Assembly (NCBI GenBank): GCA_004431415.1
Contig: QPMI01000526.1
Location: 1 to 64,000 of the forward strand
Reading direction: 5' to 3'
DNA: 64,000 nucleotides
Source: Cyanophora paradoxa CCMP329
Lineage: Eukaryota; Plantae; Glaucophyta
Below are positions 11,501-24,468 of this stretch, piece after piece. The stretch's first letter is position 1. The number at the start of each line of letters is the position of its first letter. Below the pieces are notes generated by a model. The model was given only the letters and a program-made list of their open reading frames with translations. It ran no database searches and was not told the origin of the DNA. Made by a program: the position numbers and the translations under genes.

Positions 11501-14500
11501 TCAGAAATCTTCATGAATGTACGTGCGCACCCTCGTACTTCTCTGGGTCCACATAAGACGTGGCCATTCCGGGGATGAGAATATACGCCATCTGCAAGGA
11601 AGCAGTCATGATCATGATCAGAGCCGCTATTTATGCGAGATAAAAATATTTTAGGTTCACCGAGAGCGACACAGCGTCTCCAGGCACCAGAATGCCGCCG
11701 TGGCGTTCACGAAGATCGAACCAGACGCCTGCGGTCGCCGAAGCATTATATTTACTTTTGATTTAATTTATGGTCGACAGCAAAAGCGACAGCAAGCACC
11801 AAACAAATCGTCCGCAGTGGTCGTTCCGCCGTTGACGATGGTCGAATAGGCGTTGGTGATTGGGCTCGTCAGCTTGTTGCCGAATGGTCTGTCAGGGGTT
11901 CCAAAATGCATCAGGGCGAGCTGAGGCATGTACCGAATCTCAAAAAGATGATAGGACCTGCTGATTCCAGCTCTTGCAAGGGGATTTTCCGCCGCCATCC
12001 CAATAAAGCAACTGCCGATAGCCGATAAAGTCAGAATCCGCGGGAGCCTCTAGCGGATCCTTTATTCCGTGGTGCAAATTTGTGATAAAGTTGCGAACCG
12101 GTCTGCGCAGTTGGCACGCAAAGGCGACTTGTTAACATACTGAATACTGAATCGTTGGCGGGCAGCAAAAGGGGCACCGAGCACAAGTCCAGTTGCTCCG
12201 ACTGTCGCCTTGATCGAACCAGCCGCGCCGTTCCCGGCGCTGTAAGCGGCTGGCTGAGAGTAAATTCGGTTGCTCGTGTCTGTGCACACGCGATCGCGAA
12301 TTTGTGTCAGATCGGAAATAAACTTTGAAATACAGCCGAGCCTGTTCTCCCTTATCGGCACGGACCGAAGTAATCAGTGGCATTGTCGTGCAGCTGCCGC
12401 GACGGGCCCTACAAGCCAGAAATTAAGTACGGGAGTCACGCATGAATTTGAGAAGCGTGCACCCAGTACGGCGCCGTGGCATCGCCTGCCCTCGTCGCCA
12501 CCTGATGCATTTCGGTGAGCTGCTGCTTTCGACCGCTCCCAGACGCGAGCTTCACGCTGGCACCTGTTGGTCGTTGTCCGCATTTATTTCGCGGATGTAG
12601 TACGGAATGTCCACATTTGAGGTGCCGTCGTTCGAGATCACCACGTTGATGTAGATCATCATTGTCGTTGCGTCCTCTTTCATCCAGTACGTGCTCGTAA
12701 AGGAGACGTTAGAGTGGGTCGTGTTACTACCAGCCACAGCGCGGTGAACTGTCCCGAGCGGTCATAATTAGCCTTCGAATTCATTCTTCCTAAAATCGGT
12801 CGTGTGATTCTGCGTACCGACCACAACTCCGCTGGCATCCGTCGAGGTACTCACGATTGAGCCCGCCAGGGGCAAGCCAGTGACCTGAATGAAAACGTTG
12901 TGTGCAAAGATCTATAGCTAGGACCAAGACCAGGGCAGCAGACCTGAGTTGAATCCTGCGCGACGTGCGACGGGAAGAAAGAGCGACTGAGCAAATTGTG
13001 CAGTCGAGTCCGGCGCGAGGGGGAAAGGCGGGATTCCAGTACCCGCTCGCGCGATGCGCCGGCGTTTGCGTAGAGGGTGCTGTTGATCATGGTCCCAAAG
13101 CCCTCGAACTGCGAATCATGAGCCTAAGCCTGAGGCGTTATATTAATGGAACACAAGATGCATGCACAGGTGTATCCGGGAAGATGACGTCGCCGCAGAA
13201 GGCCATCTGGCGGCCTTGGCGCCAGCCGTTCGGGTCCGCTACCGCGCGACTCTGCACGTAGTCGTCCGACGCGGGCCACGAATTAAACCTGATGGCAGCG
13301 AGAAATCAGAAAGGCCTCTAGATCTGCGACCGGCTGCGGCACTAACCCGTCCCGATCGCTGCGGATAACGTATCAGAAATATTGAGTGCGAGCCCGAGGT
13401 GGAGACAGCACTCACGGATCGACGAAGAGACCCAACCCTACGACGCGGTTCTTGTCATACCCGCGAGGCCAGCTGCTAGGCGGGACCGCTGTGGTTCCCA
13501 GGGTACCCTCCACGCCATGAATGGCTGTGAGAATCCACTGCCCTGCAGCAAGATCATCATCTACAATTAGGGGGAGAAATTGACAATCAACAACGCGCCG
13601 ACTATATAATAGTCCTTTTTTACAGCGTCGGCGATGTATGCGCCAACCCCGGGGAGTGAAACAGCTGAGCAGCACAATTACGAGGTTTCTGCAGATTGAG
13701 GAGAATTCGAAATGCAAGTGCGCACCGAGACGGCCGCGGATCTCAAAAATTGGCCTAGAAAGAAAAAGTATTTTGAAAAAAGATAACGGGTGTACAGAAG
13801 ACGCGAACGAACCAATAGTCTGCGAAGCATTTATTTCAAAAACGAAGGTGATCGAAGTTGGAGTCAACACACCTACTGAACCGTGATGAATCACCTCCTT
13901 TGATGTCGAGTTCACGTTCCAGTCGTTCGTGCCGCAATACGTGTACGACCGCATGGCTTCGCCGTAGTGCCTGCAAGGTCAAGTTTCAATGCAAGAAGCA
14001 GAAACTAAGCTTGAAGATGAGAGATAAAGTCACAGGCCTGCCGAGCCATCTGCGAAAATGATTCAGATACTGACATGACTCTTACCGGGGGAACATTCCG
14101 CCGGATCTCATCAATCAATAGAGGAACTTACCGGGGGAACATTCCGCCATTCGCAAGCGCGTCGTCCGTTCCTTGAAGCTCCTTTCGCAGGCCGAGCCAG
14201 TTCATCTGGAGCGGGTTTTCCGTCTTCCTAAAGTTGATGCTGGAGTGCATCGCCATTCCGAAGCGCGCTCCAGTGCCGTCCGTGCGGTTTATTTTGAGGC
14301 AGTACTGCCCGCAGATCAGTGAGTGGAATCAGTAGATTAGCAATCGAACTGCGTACGGTATCGGAGAGGAGAATAGGTGCCTGTAACGTGGCGTAAAGGA
14401 GTGGATGCTGCATGGAAGGCTGGCGTCGCTTACCGAGCAGGGCACGCGAACGTCAATGGTATTGGATGTTCGGTCCCTCATCCAAGTGTTAACGGTGACC

Positions 14501-17337
14501 GTCCCGCACACGCCGATCTCCTCGTAGTCCGCCATGCGCTTGTTCAGAGGCCCCCAAGCGTCTGTTGCGTTGGCACGGGCGAACTTGACGAAGGAGACCT
14601 AAACGCCCGTCAGATGAAGGCGTCAAATCAAGCAGCTGGAAACGTACCCTGAAGGTCATGTCGCCTTCGCCCGAGAACCCGGCGTTTGGAGCATCCGAAA
14701 ATCTCTGTTGACCACCTTTGTGGTAGGTGGTAAAATACACTGCAAGCGAACGCAATGTCTCAATGCGGATCGAGCTGAAGGGCGCGGACGAGCGGGATCT
14801 CGCACCCACGGAGGCGTTGTACGGAATATTTGCGAACTTCATGCACCTGGGGGGGCGGGAGGGGGGAGGAGGGAGTTTGACCCTTTCAGAACGTTGAGAG
14901 GGAAGTGGGGAAGGGAAGTCTGCACCAGTACCAGACCTCTGCAGATGACCCAGAAACTCAACATCAGACGGGTATGCACAAGATTCATCATCAGCGTGCA
15001 CGGCATGCGCACCGTAGGGTCCGCGCTTGCACCCGCTGAGCCCGACGATCTGATTGCTCGCGTCGACGTACAGAGTCTGGTTGCCCGCGTCGGTCGAAGT
15101 AAGATACTGGTGGGAGGCTGCCAGGAAGGGACACAGTAAGCTTCCGCGAAGACTAACGAGCTCGAGGTTGAATCAAAGCAAACATGTGTAGCCTCCCCCT
15201 TGCTGCGCAGATGTTGTCCCGTTCGTGCCGGTGGGCTTTATGTACGTCGTCCAGATTGCTTTGTCGCCTGGAACTCCGTCTACGTAGCGGCGGTCCGGTC
15301 GGCCTTGCACTCCGTTGAGCCCTTTGCATGCGGTCAGAATTTCCAGACCCATACGCATTATCAAATATTGCTTGCACCAAGGTCGCCAGCCTCCAGCTCG
15401 GGGCGCGGGTCCGCATAATCGATCCACTGCGGAATTCCTTCGTACGACTGAGTGGAAAAGATCAGGCCAAACCACTCGATTATCAGCCGAGTATCCAGGC
15501 GATACCGTAGGGGCGAGAAGCCACTCCTGTTCAAGGTGTGCTGCGCGGTGGAGAAGGTTGCAGTTCACATTCTGCACGCGAAAAAAAGAAGAAACAGAGT
15601 CCGACAGACTTATGTTTTCGTACTTGAATCTGACGTTCATAGAAGTATCGCCGACGCCGTTCATGTCCGCATAAAACCCGAGAGGCGCCGTGACAGCAGT
15701 TTCAGCGTTCAGCTCCATTGCGTTGGATATTCGGATCGTCAGCTGCGCGTCGGATCGGCTCCGGTTTAGCATTGATATCGGGCCTGGGGATGCCGGGCTG
15801 GCGGGCGCACGCGGCCTGTGCCTGTGTCGTTGAATCTGAACTGATGTTTTCCATTAATGGGGGTTGAATCGCGAATGGATGACAGAAAAGAGAAACCTGA
15901 GCGACTTGGTCCCAGCCCTGATTATGATAACGATAACGGTCCCAGCGTCGACGTCATGATCAGATCTAGATTGTTGGCAACAATCGACAATTATTGATAT
16001 GGGACTACGCACATTATCGGGGCTGTAGATGCCAATCTTGGGGGCGAAAAGCGTGAGGGCTCTGCAGCTTCGACTTCTTTGTGAGCGAATTGCGCACGAC
16101 TTTGTCGTCGGAATCATACGGAGATGAATACGGGAGGTCTTTGAAACGCCTGTCTCTCTGGTAGTACGTAGGTTTGGGGCCTCTGCGGGCTTGAGCGTCA
16201 GAGATTTCGAGTCCTCGCAAAGCAAAGGTCGAGGCCGATCGCAAAGGGCTGCGCACATGACGTCCATGACCCAGCCTGTCGCAATATTAATGTTAACCGC
16301 AGACTAGCTTGGCGCTTTTGGGCTCTGAACTCGAACCGTAATATGTATACATGTAGAACCATGTCTCACTTGTGTTGAACTTTGAATTCGGGTGGAACAT
16401 GTAACCGGCTTCGCCCCGCTCAAAAATTTGTGGGTAGACAGCTCAAATAGTAGCGTGCAAGCGCACCTGGACACGTGCAAGTTTCGTACTTTTGATCGGC
16501 AGGAATGTTCCAAGGTTGTGAATATCCGCAGACTTCCAGCGGATAATAGTTCGCATCGGCAGCGACTTGGTTCTGAATACAGCTCCGGGTGAAAGACTGA
16601 TCAGGGAGGTCTGCTCAAAATTCGGAAGGCGATGAGATAGCTCGAAACCTGAACGGATAAAAATCGCTGCACCTGCGACGCATTTGGAGATGTACCTGCG
16701 AACAGCAGCACTTTTACCACCTAGACTCCTTTAATATGGTTTTTTTGTGGACGCACCAAGTACCGCTTTCTGTCTTCTGTAGTGGATCCGATCCCGGCTT
16801 GTATTTCACCAAAGTCGACCTCGTTCCAGAGTCTGGGGCGGACAGACAATCTGGAAGTGCGAAGTGGCTTCAGTGTGCCGTCTCTTGATTCGGGAGGGGC
16901 GGCGGTCTGCATACAATCCGGGTCATAAGTGTTCACGATCTGCGCGGCCGCGGTGCATCAGGCAAATTAATTAAAGGACCACGTGCACGCGGCCGCGGGG
17001 GGTAAACGTTGCGATGTTTCATTTCGCACTTTGAAGAACTCTCCCGGGGCCGGCATGATTTCGGTGAGGCCCGCGGACTTGACAACGGCGGGTGATAGCA
17101 AAGGCACGGCCTTGGAAGACAGACGGCGGCCGACAGCACCTCCGCGGCCAGGCGCGGCGGGCGCGCTACCTGTGCGAAGACGCGTCGCCGGCGTGCTACT
17201 GATTGGCCAGCAATTTGGGCTACACGAGATGCACCTGAGCTCGCCGCGTGTACGCCGGAGCAGAATATGATCACGAGGCACCAGGAGACGGCGAGGCCAG
17301 CATGCGCAGCAGCGACGCCGCGCAAGCCGCCCTTCAT
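1..17337 (-). CDS. Large multi-exon single-pass receptor: signal peptide, PKD-like repeats, REJ-like domain, GPS motif, TM helix, cytoplasmic FN3-like tandem array (3' end outside window)
   Basis: ATG at 17337 gives a hydrophobic leader (MKGGLRGVAAAHAGLAVSWCLVIIFCSGVHA). The exon at 8192-7900 reads PPVPGVCSITPPEG..FTVECKNW..D..YPLNY (REJ C-terminal pattern). Exons at ~6400-6100 read LLFWNETRGSWDR...GKCTHLTTF (GPS). The exon at 5804-5171 has TM AVIAGVATGVGVAVAAVAGALIYF then KGK, followed by APSNLQLT..SATLSWSPP..SYLV FN3-like units. Splicing was verified in frame across 5804-4271; continuity over 6-17 kb was not checked exon by exon. Confidence 0.72.
9430..10985 (-). repeat. Three diverged tandem exon-pair repeats (PKD/Ig-like units) in the receptor ectodomain
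   Basis: GVVAII.GPF.KRIP...PS.IDG exons near 10980, 10365 and 9737 are each followed by a P.PFPGP.N.TYQWEL...YGPTAN exon (10850-10680, 10230-10070, 9590-9430). Confidence 0.8.
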
Positions 17338-18711
17338 TGACGTTGACTTCGACGAACTTGGAATTCGAAGCCCGCGGCCGGCCCGCGCCCGGCTAGCGCT
17401 GAAGTTCTGCCGCTCTGCCCGGAAGTCTGCCGGAATCCAGCGCTATAGCTGGCGCGCGGCGTTAGCGCTGCAGTGCAGTGATTTGGCGATGGCTATAGTG
17501 TGGCTAGCGCTCTACACTGTACAGACCGACTGCTAGCGCTCAGCATGCGCATGCCGCAGTGCAGCGGCTCTGCACTCAGTGCGCTGTCACAGTCACTGAG
17601 TGTCTGAGTGTCCGCAGACCGAGGTACTACCGTACTACGGTCACCGGGTATCTGTAGTACCGGTACTAGGGCTGGGCCGGTGGCCCGGTGGCGGCCGGTG
17701 GCAGTGGCGGCCTCCCACCGACCGACCGGGTGGAAAGTCTGGCCCACCGCCATACAACGCCCGGTACCATACAAATAAAAATTCTGGGGGGGGTAGGCTC
17801 GCGAAAATTTCATATTCTCGCGCGCGAGAGTTACATATTCCGTGCACCCAGGCCAGGAAAGTCCTGCTTAGTTCATCTTCCTGCTCTCTTGCGCTCCTGC
17901 GCTCTTCAATCCGACGGAGCCCAAGGGAGCTGACGCCATCGATTGCGATATCCTGTACCCCCCTCCTGGGCATCAACCCCCCGGCCTCCCCACAACTGGC
18001 TTGAACTCGCCCCAAAGCACTTGCTTTAGACAGTTGGGAACAGAGTAGGCGCGTAGCGCCTTGAAGCTGTGCAGAATAAAGCGTATTTCCTGTCAATTTT
18101 CACGCACTGCAGCAAGTACCCCCCCCTCTACCGACCGCCACCGGCGGGTAACAGTCAGCGGGCCCACCGACCGGGTGGGGGTTGAGGTGGACTGTGCGCA
18201 GCCCTAACCGGTACCGGTGTGCCGATAGTACCGTAGTACCCGGTGACCGGTCGACCCGGGTGATCATGACCGTCGGACCATCATGGCATGTCCCGGGTCC
18301 GATGATCGTCGCCGGTCGCCGAGTCGACGTCGGATCTCGACTCGGAATCAAGTCTCGGATCATGATCGTGAGTCGGATGGCTTGGATCGCCGCGGCGCCG
18401 CAGAGTATGAGTACACTGTACTAGTATTACTGCAGCTGTAGCTAACTTGCCGCGCAGTAAAATTGCCGAATTCGCCCAAAATCGGATTTGCTATGGCGAA
18501 AAATTGCCGAAACTCTGGATTTCTTCTATGGCGCCATACAAAAGCGGCCGTTTAGCCCTACCCCCTGATCATGAGAATCGCCGCGGCTCTGAATTGCCGA
18601 ATTCGGCCTCTCGGCAATTTACGGCAATCTATAACCACGGACACATACCGTGTAACACTATATTATGGCGGTCAAATTTATGTCGTTATAAAACCCGACC
18701 CTTCTGTCGTC

Positions 18712-18881
18712 ATGTCGTCCCCAAATTATGTCGTCATGAAATTTTCAGGCTTGTATCATAGTATAGGACATCAAATGGGGGGCGGGGGGGGGGGACACTG
18801 ACCACGCCCTATTATGACGTCCCCAAATATTAAATTATGTCGTCATGCTAAGTTTTCGGCGACATAATTTGGGGATGACAT
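18712..18881. mobile_element. MITE-like element with 22-bp inverted repeats
   Basis: ATGTCGTCCCCAAATTATGTCG (18712-18733) matches the reverse complement of 18860-18881 at 21/22 positions. There is an internal copy of AAATTATGTCGTCATG. No coding capacity and no clear TSD. Confidence 0.45.
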
Positions 18882-19785
18882 ACTAAAGTGCGTACTCCTA
18901 CTGTAAAACCGCAGTACCCCAGTATAACTTAGTAATATGATACTATGACACGTATTACCGGTACTAGCGGTACTGTGAGACCGGAAAAATTGGCGTCGCG
19001 ATCGTTAGTGATTCGTTAGTATCGTTATATAGTTACTACTAACTTACTACTACTAGGCTAGTACGGTTTTAAATTGCGCATGCAGTCTCAGAGTCTGCAA
19101 ATGACTCTGCAGCTGCAGAGTCTGCACACTACTTACTGCGTCAGTAACAGTCAGCATGGTTTTGTTTTTGCAAAAATGGACATCGCATTGATATCAGTAA
19201 TAGTCAGTCACTGGGTACGCCTGCAGCCTGCAGCTACAGGCTGCAGCATCATCATGCGGCGGATTCATGCCATCATGCCAGCATGGATGATGGATCGGCC
19301 CGGCGGAGGATCCCGGAGTCCTGCCAGGCTGACTAGTACTCCTGCGGCGGAGTCCTGCCGGAGTCCTGACTCCTGAGTCAGTGACTCCTGACTCCTGAGT
19401 CAGCAACTTGGCAATGCCAGGCTGAGCAGCCCTAGGCCTACTACTGGAGAGCTAGAAATATTTAGTATGCTGCATATTTATAGCACTAAAAGTTAAAAGC
19501 CGATCTACTAAATGTTTCCCGTCTGCTAAAGCCGAGATTTTGTAGGGGTATCGCCGTCTCCGCCGTACAAAAGCCTTGCGAAGACCGACCGCGCCGACCC
19601 ACTAAAGATTTATTAGCTGCTGAATTTAATTTGGCGAAGTACTAATTATTTTCCTGTAGTAAATTAACTAGTTCTACAGCTACAGTACTACCTTAGTACC
19701 GTAGTACAGTACTACTACTAGTCTACTAGTACTACCGTACTACGGCGTAGTACGCAGTACTCAGTGACTAGTGGGGCGGCAGTGC

Positions 19786-19914
19786 GGAGAGTCGCGCGAC
19801 GGATCGGACTCGCGACTCAGTGACTCGCGATTCGCGAATCGCGATCGACGGCGACGGAGAGTCGCGCGACGGACTCGCGACTCAGTGACTCGCGATTCGC
19901 GAATCGCGATCGAC
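19786..19914. repeat. Two-copy ~60-65 bp direct repeat built from palindromes
   Basis: GGAGAGTCGCGCGACGGA..CTCGCGACTCAGTGACTCGCGATTCGCGAATCGCGATCGAC occurs twice. Each copy contains the perfect 20-bp palindrome TCGCGATTCGCGAATCGCGA. Confidence 0.85.
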
Positions 19915-20787
19915 TGTGGCCGTCTCATGCTCTCAGCAATAAACTGAGCAATTGGCCTGACGGAGTATGTACGTCGTGAAGATCTGCGATTGGCCCTTAG
20001 AAAACAATACACGAAACTGCCAATTCCGAATTCGGGAAAACACATTCGACGAAGTTTAAATTTGGAAATTTATAAATCTATTTCATTTTTTGGCCAGAAT
20101 TAAAATTGAATTCGAAACATCAATATTCCTGCCGAACCCGGCTTACGTACAATTGTCACGGTACGGTCGTCGGTCGGTACCTAGCTATATATACAGTCTC
20201 TCACTAAAACTTAAATCCGGTTATTTGTTTTTTGAGAGACTACGGTACGTGGCGCGAACCGGTACCGGTTAGAAATTCAGTTGCATCGAGTTGCATGCGA
20301 TTCATGGAAACCTGCCAGTCACGCTTCGGGGCGAGCGCAGGCGACCGTCGGACGACTCGGCGACGCAGCGCCGCCGGCGCCCGGCGACCGGCCGCGGCCG
20401 CGGGCGCGGGGCGCGGGCCCGCGGCCCTGCGGCCGCCGCCGGGCCGGGCCGGCGCGGCGGCCGGGCGCCCGGCGGGCCGGGCCGCCGGGCCGCCGGCGCC
20501 CGCCGCGGCCGCGACGTACTGTACTACTAGCCGGCGTACTACGTTAGTAGCCGCTAGTACTACTAGTAGTACTACGGTATACTACCGTAGCACTGTATTA
20601 TGTGCTGTTATGATTGTACGCAGTTGATCTTATCAAGCCACGACTTCAAGCACCACTGCTAGCCCCGGCCCCCGAGCCAGCCCCCAGCCAGCGTCGCCGA
20701 CCAGCTGGCCGCCGAACGAACCCGAAAATTAAAGGGCTGGCCCGGCTGGCCGACAAATCCGGGGGCTGGGCCAGCCCAAAAGCCCAG

Positions 20788-23700
20788 TTCTTCTAGCGCA
20801 AACCTTAAGATATTGAGCGCCCTACTTCTTCCAGCTGACCTGGAACCCCCTCAGACTTCGCGGGCAACTTCGCGGCGCTGAACGCGGCTCTCGACGTCCA
20901 CTTCTCGCCCCCGCTCCAGGCCCGCCCCCGCCCACCCCGCCCACTCCGCGCTAACATAACTTAAACTTGTAAATCTCCCCCGCCCGCCCCGCCCGAGGCC
21001 CCCGCCCAGCCCGCGCTCCTCTAACCAGCCCGCTTGTCTAGGGATATAATTGTTCGAATTCTTGTAGGATCCTAGAATAACTTAGACCCGCCCGCTAGGA
21101 TCCTGTAATACCTTATACCTCTGCGGCGCTGATCATGAACGCGGCCCTCGACGCCCACTTCTCGCCCCCGCTCCAGGCCCGCCCCGCCCCCGCCCCGCCC
21201 GTCCCGCGCTAACATAACTTAAATCTCCCCCTCCCGCCCCGCCTCGCCCGAGGACCCCGCCCAGCCCGCGCCCTTTTGACCAGCTCTCCTCCCCTCATCT
21301 CCTGCCCCCCGCAGGTGGACCCGGCGGTGCTGGCGTTCGTCGCGGGGCTGCGCCCGCAGCACCGCTGCTGCCCCAAGATCTTCGCCTCCATGCTCAACCA
21401 CGGCTCCGTGCGCCGCACAGACAGACAGACGGGCTCAATCTAAGCTATTCTAAGCGATCTTAGGCTATTTCTAATCTAGGCTCGACTCGAGGATGAGAGC
21501 CACAGCGACATAACGTTGTAGGGGGGCTAATTATAAATTGGAGTACGAGAACCACGACTAGACCATAACATGAAACTCTAAGCAGTATCTCCAATAGCGG
21601 CGGCTCCGAGCGCTCGATCAGAGCAGCGCTCGACTAGAGCTCGCCTGACGCCGGCGCCCGCCGCCCCCGCAGCTGATGTCGCGGGCATTCATGACGAGCC
21701 TGCGGAATCCCGAGCGCGTCGTCGCCGAGGCCGTCAACCACCCCCAGGTGCCCCCCCCCGCCGGCCTGGCCCGGCCCTCCCGCCCTTTCCGGCTAGGTTA
21801 GGCTCCGTGGTTATTAGATGCCCGGCCTGCTTGCCTCCCTCTACCCGTCTCCTCTATCCTCTCTCTTCCATTTGTCCGTTTACAAACTTTCTACCCGTCT
21901 CATCCCTCTTCCCCCCGCCATTCCTTCCTTCCACCCCCCCCCCTCTCTCCCTTTCCTCATCCCCCCCCTCCTCAGGTGATCGAGCTGAAGAAGGCGCACG
22001 ACGACAACGTCAAGAAGATCCGATGATCGTCGACGAGTGCGGCCCCGCCCTCTTCCGCCCCGCCCCGGCCCGGCCCTCTTCCGCCCCGTTTACTCCTCCT
22101 CCTCCCTCCTCCCCTCCTCCCTTACTTTTTTCATCTATCTTCCCTCTTCCCTCCCTCCTCCCTCCTACCGTCCCCCCCCCCCCCCCTTCCCGCCCCGCCC
22201 TCAGGCCTCTTTCAGGTACGTGGGGAAGCTGGTGCAGCAGGAGTACGGGGCGGCGACGAGCGGGGCCTCGGAGCGCGAGTGCGCCACCCACTCCTCCACC
22301 CTCACGTGCGCCCCGCCCCCCCCGCTCCGCCCTCGATTAGGAGAGATTAGAAGAGAGGAGACAAGGCCAAGGCCGCGCTCGGATGGAGGCTGTCAGTCTC
22401 TCTGACAGCGAGAGAAGGATGCGGCCGCTGACTCTCCAGGCGCAGGGACGCGCACAAGTTCCGGATCGCGCTGCGGCGCATCCTCCCCGCCGACGAGTTC
22501 CAGGCCCTCGAGGAGCGCATCTGTGCGCGCCCCCGCCCCGCCCGACCCCCTCCCCCCTTTCCCTCCGCTCCTGAGAGAGAGCGGAAACTAAATCTCGATG
22601 GTCCTGGCCCCGCCCCGCCCGGTCTTGCGCACATCTCTTCGATGCCTGCCCTGACCTATGCTGCCCTGAACAGCCCTGCTATATACTAGTGGCCCGGCCG
22701 CGATTTTCGCGCCGGGGGTGCAAGGGGGGAACCGGGATCTAATGAAAGATCTAGAGTCCTAGTGGCACGCACATGCGCGCGGCAGAACGACCCCGGCCCA
22801 GTGCCAAGCGCAACAAGATCTAGAGCGCCCGGCCCGGCCGGCGTGCTCGGCTGCGGGCAGCGGCGCACGCGGTTCTGCGGTATAAGCTCGAAGTCGGCGG
22901 CGTGCTGAGCGCAGCAAGAGAGCACGGTCTGGACGGCCGGGCGTGCTCGGCTGCGATCAGCGGCGCAGCTAGGCAGGCTGACCTCGAAAGGCTGACCGGT
23001 CCACCGAGCCAATATATGAATTCGCACACACCGAGACAAATGGCTAAAGCTAGAAATGCGGTGTCCATCTGTGTCAAGTCGAGAGATGAACCTACGGGAC
23101 TAAGCCTTTCGAATTCGGACATCGGACCGGGTGGAGCTCGGGTGGAGACCCGGTGGAGCTCGGATCAGTGACTGGAAAGGCTACCCCGGGGCTGGTCCTA
23201 CACGAAAAGGGGGTGCCTACCCAAGGACGAGAGGGGGACCAAGGTCTGAAAAAAACTGGCGGACGGCTAGACGAACTGCAGCTGGGACTATACCTGGCAA
23301 GCTATGGCCTCCGGGAAGGCGCTCAGTAACCTAAGCCAATCTGTACACGCTAAAATACGGTCCGCCGTGTCGTCGTCACGGCGGGCTCGGGGGTGGGGGC
23401 GCGCTCGTGCGAGAGCGGGCCTGGTAGAGCCGCCGGGCTCATAGGAACGGGAAGGTGTCGGTCGGGGGAGGGGGGATCGGGGGAGTATGAGGCGGGAGGG
23501 CGTGAGGCGGTGGTGGAGGACGGGGGACCGGGAGTACCGGGTCGGGCGGCCGCGGTCGGGGAGGAGGGAGGTTCCAGTGGCACGTCCCGCCGGGTTTCCA
23601 GCCTCCTGACGACCACCTCCCCCCCGCCGCGGCCAATGATGGGCCCCCACCGCGGCGGTCCGTCCACCCCGGCCTGGCGCGTGGCCGGGGCGGGAGCAGG

Positions 23701-24166
23701 TGGGTTTGGCGGCCGTCAGACGGCCTTCCGCCCGGCATTCCGCACCACCGTCCCCTCCCTGGTGCGATGAGAAGTCATCAGATCAGGCAGAGGCGAGGAG
23801 GGAGGGACGTGGTCGGGGAGCAACATTTTTTTCTGGTGTTGCATACTGGACCTCGAAAACGGCCCCATACAAAAATTTTGGCTGAAGCGAGGGAACGGGA
23901 AGCAAGCTGGGAGAAGCCCTTCGGTCTTCTTTCCCCACTTGCAATAAGGCTTTAGACGGAAACCAGCTCTGGAAGCTCTGGTCTTCCAAAGCTTTAAAGG
24001 TCTTCCAAGCCTTATAGCAGGCCCATCTATCTATCTAGCTCTGGTCTTCTGGTCCTGGAAATCTCTCTCTCCTCTTTCTCAGCACACCTCTTTTCTTCGA
24101 GGCTTGTCCCGACCGCCCTGCCCGGCCGGCCGGGGGCGCCGGCAGACGTGCTGACGTCGGCGGCGT
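20788..24166 (+). pseudogene. Unprocessed partial duplicate of 56827-58609 (first exons of the ART-like region of the giant gene), interrupted by unrelated sequence at ~22680-24075
   Basis: Starts TTCTTCTAGCGCAA as at 56827. Exons FAGNFAAL, VDPAVLAF..NHGS, LMSRAFM..HPQ, VIELKK, YVGKLV and DAHKFRI are retained with their introns. An 8-nt insertion (CGATGATC, ~22021) frameshifts it. Homology resumes at ~24080-24166 and then stops. No start codon. Confidence 0.88.
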
Positions 24167-24237
24167 AATCTCGATTACGACCTCGAGCTACAGCCGCGTT
24201 CCACCTTTGATGCGCTATTTTCTCACGAGCGGCGCAG

Positions 24238-24468
24238 GAGGACGACGAGCAGGAGCTGCACGAGCTCGCCCAGGAGCGCGTGGGCGCCGCCGCCGCCGCC
24301 GCCCGCGCCGACCCGCCCCCGCCGCCCTCGGCGCCCCCGCCTCCTCAGCCGCCGCCCGCGGCTGGCCCGGGGGTAGGCCGCCGCTCGTCGCTGCCGTCGC
24401 CCGCCCCCGCGGCGCTGGAGCGGCCGCCGCCGCGCCGGGGCTCGGGCACGAAGACAATTGTTCTGTAG
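24238..24468 (+). other. Orphan terminal-exon-like fragment, followed by a hairpin (24817-24841) and A11 (24848-24858)
   Basis: GCGCAG acceptor, then EDDEQELHELAQERVGAAAA..TKTIVL*. No upstream exons are identifiable. Downstream: CTACGG-GGGG-TTCG-CCCC-A-CCGTAG stem-loop, TCTCTC and a poly-A tract. Confidence 0.4.

Noticed and set aside
23760-23795. CTGATGA on the minus strand suggesting a hammerhead ribozyme
   Set aside because: No stem II or properly placed GAAA core follows.
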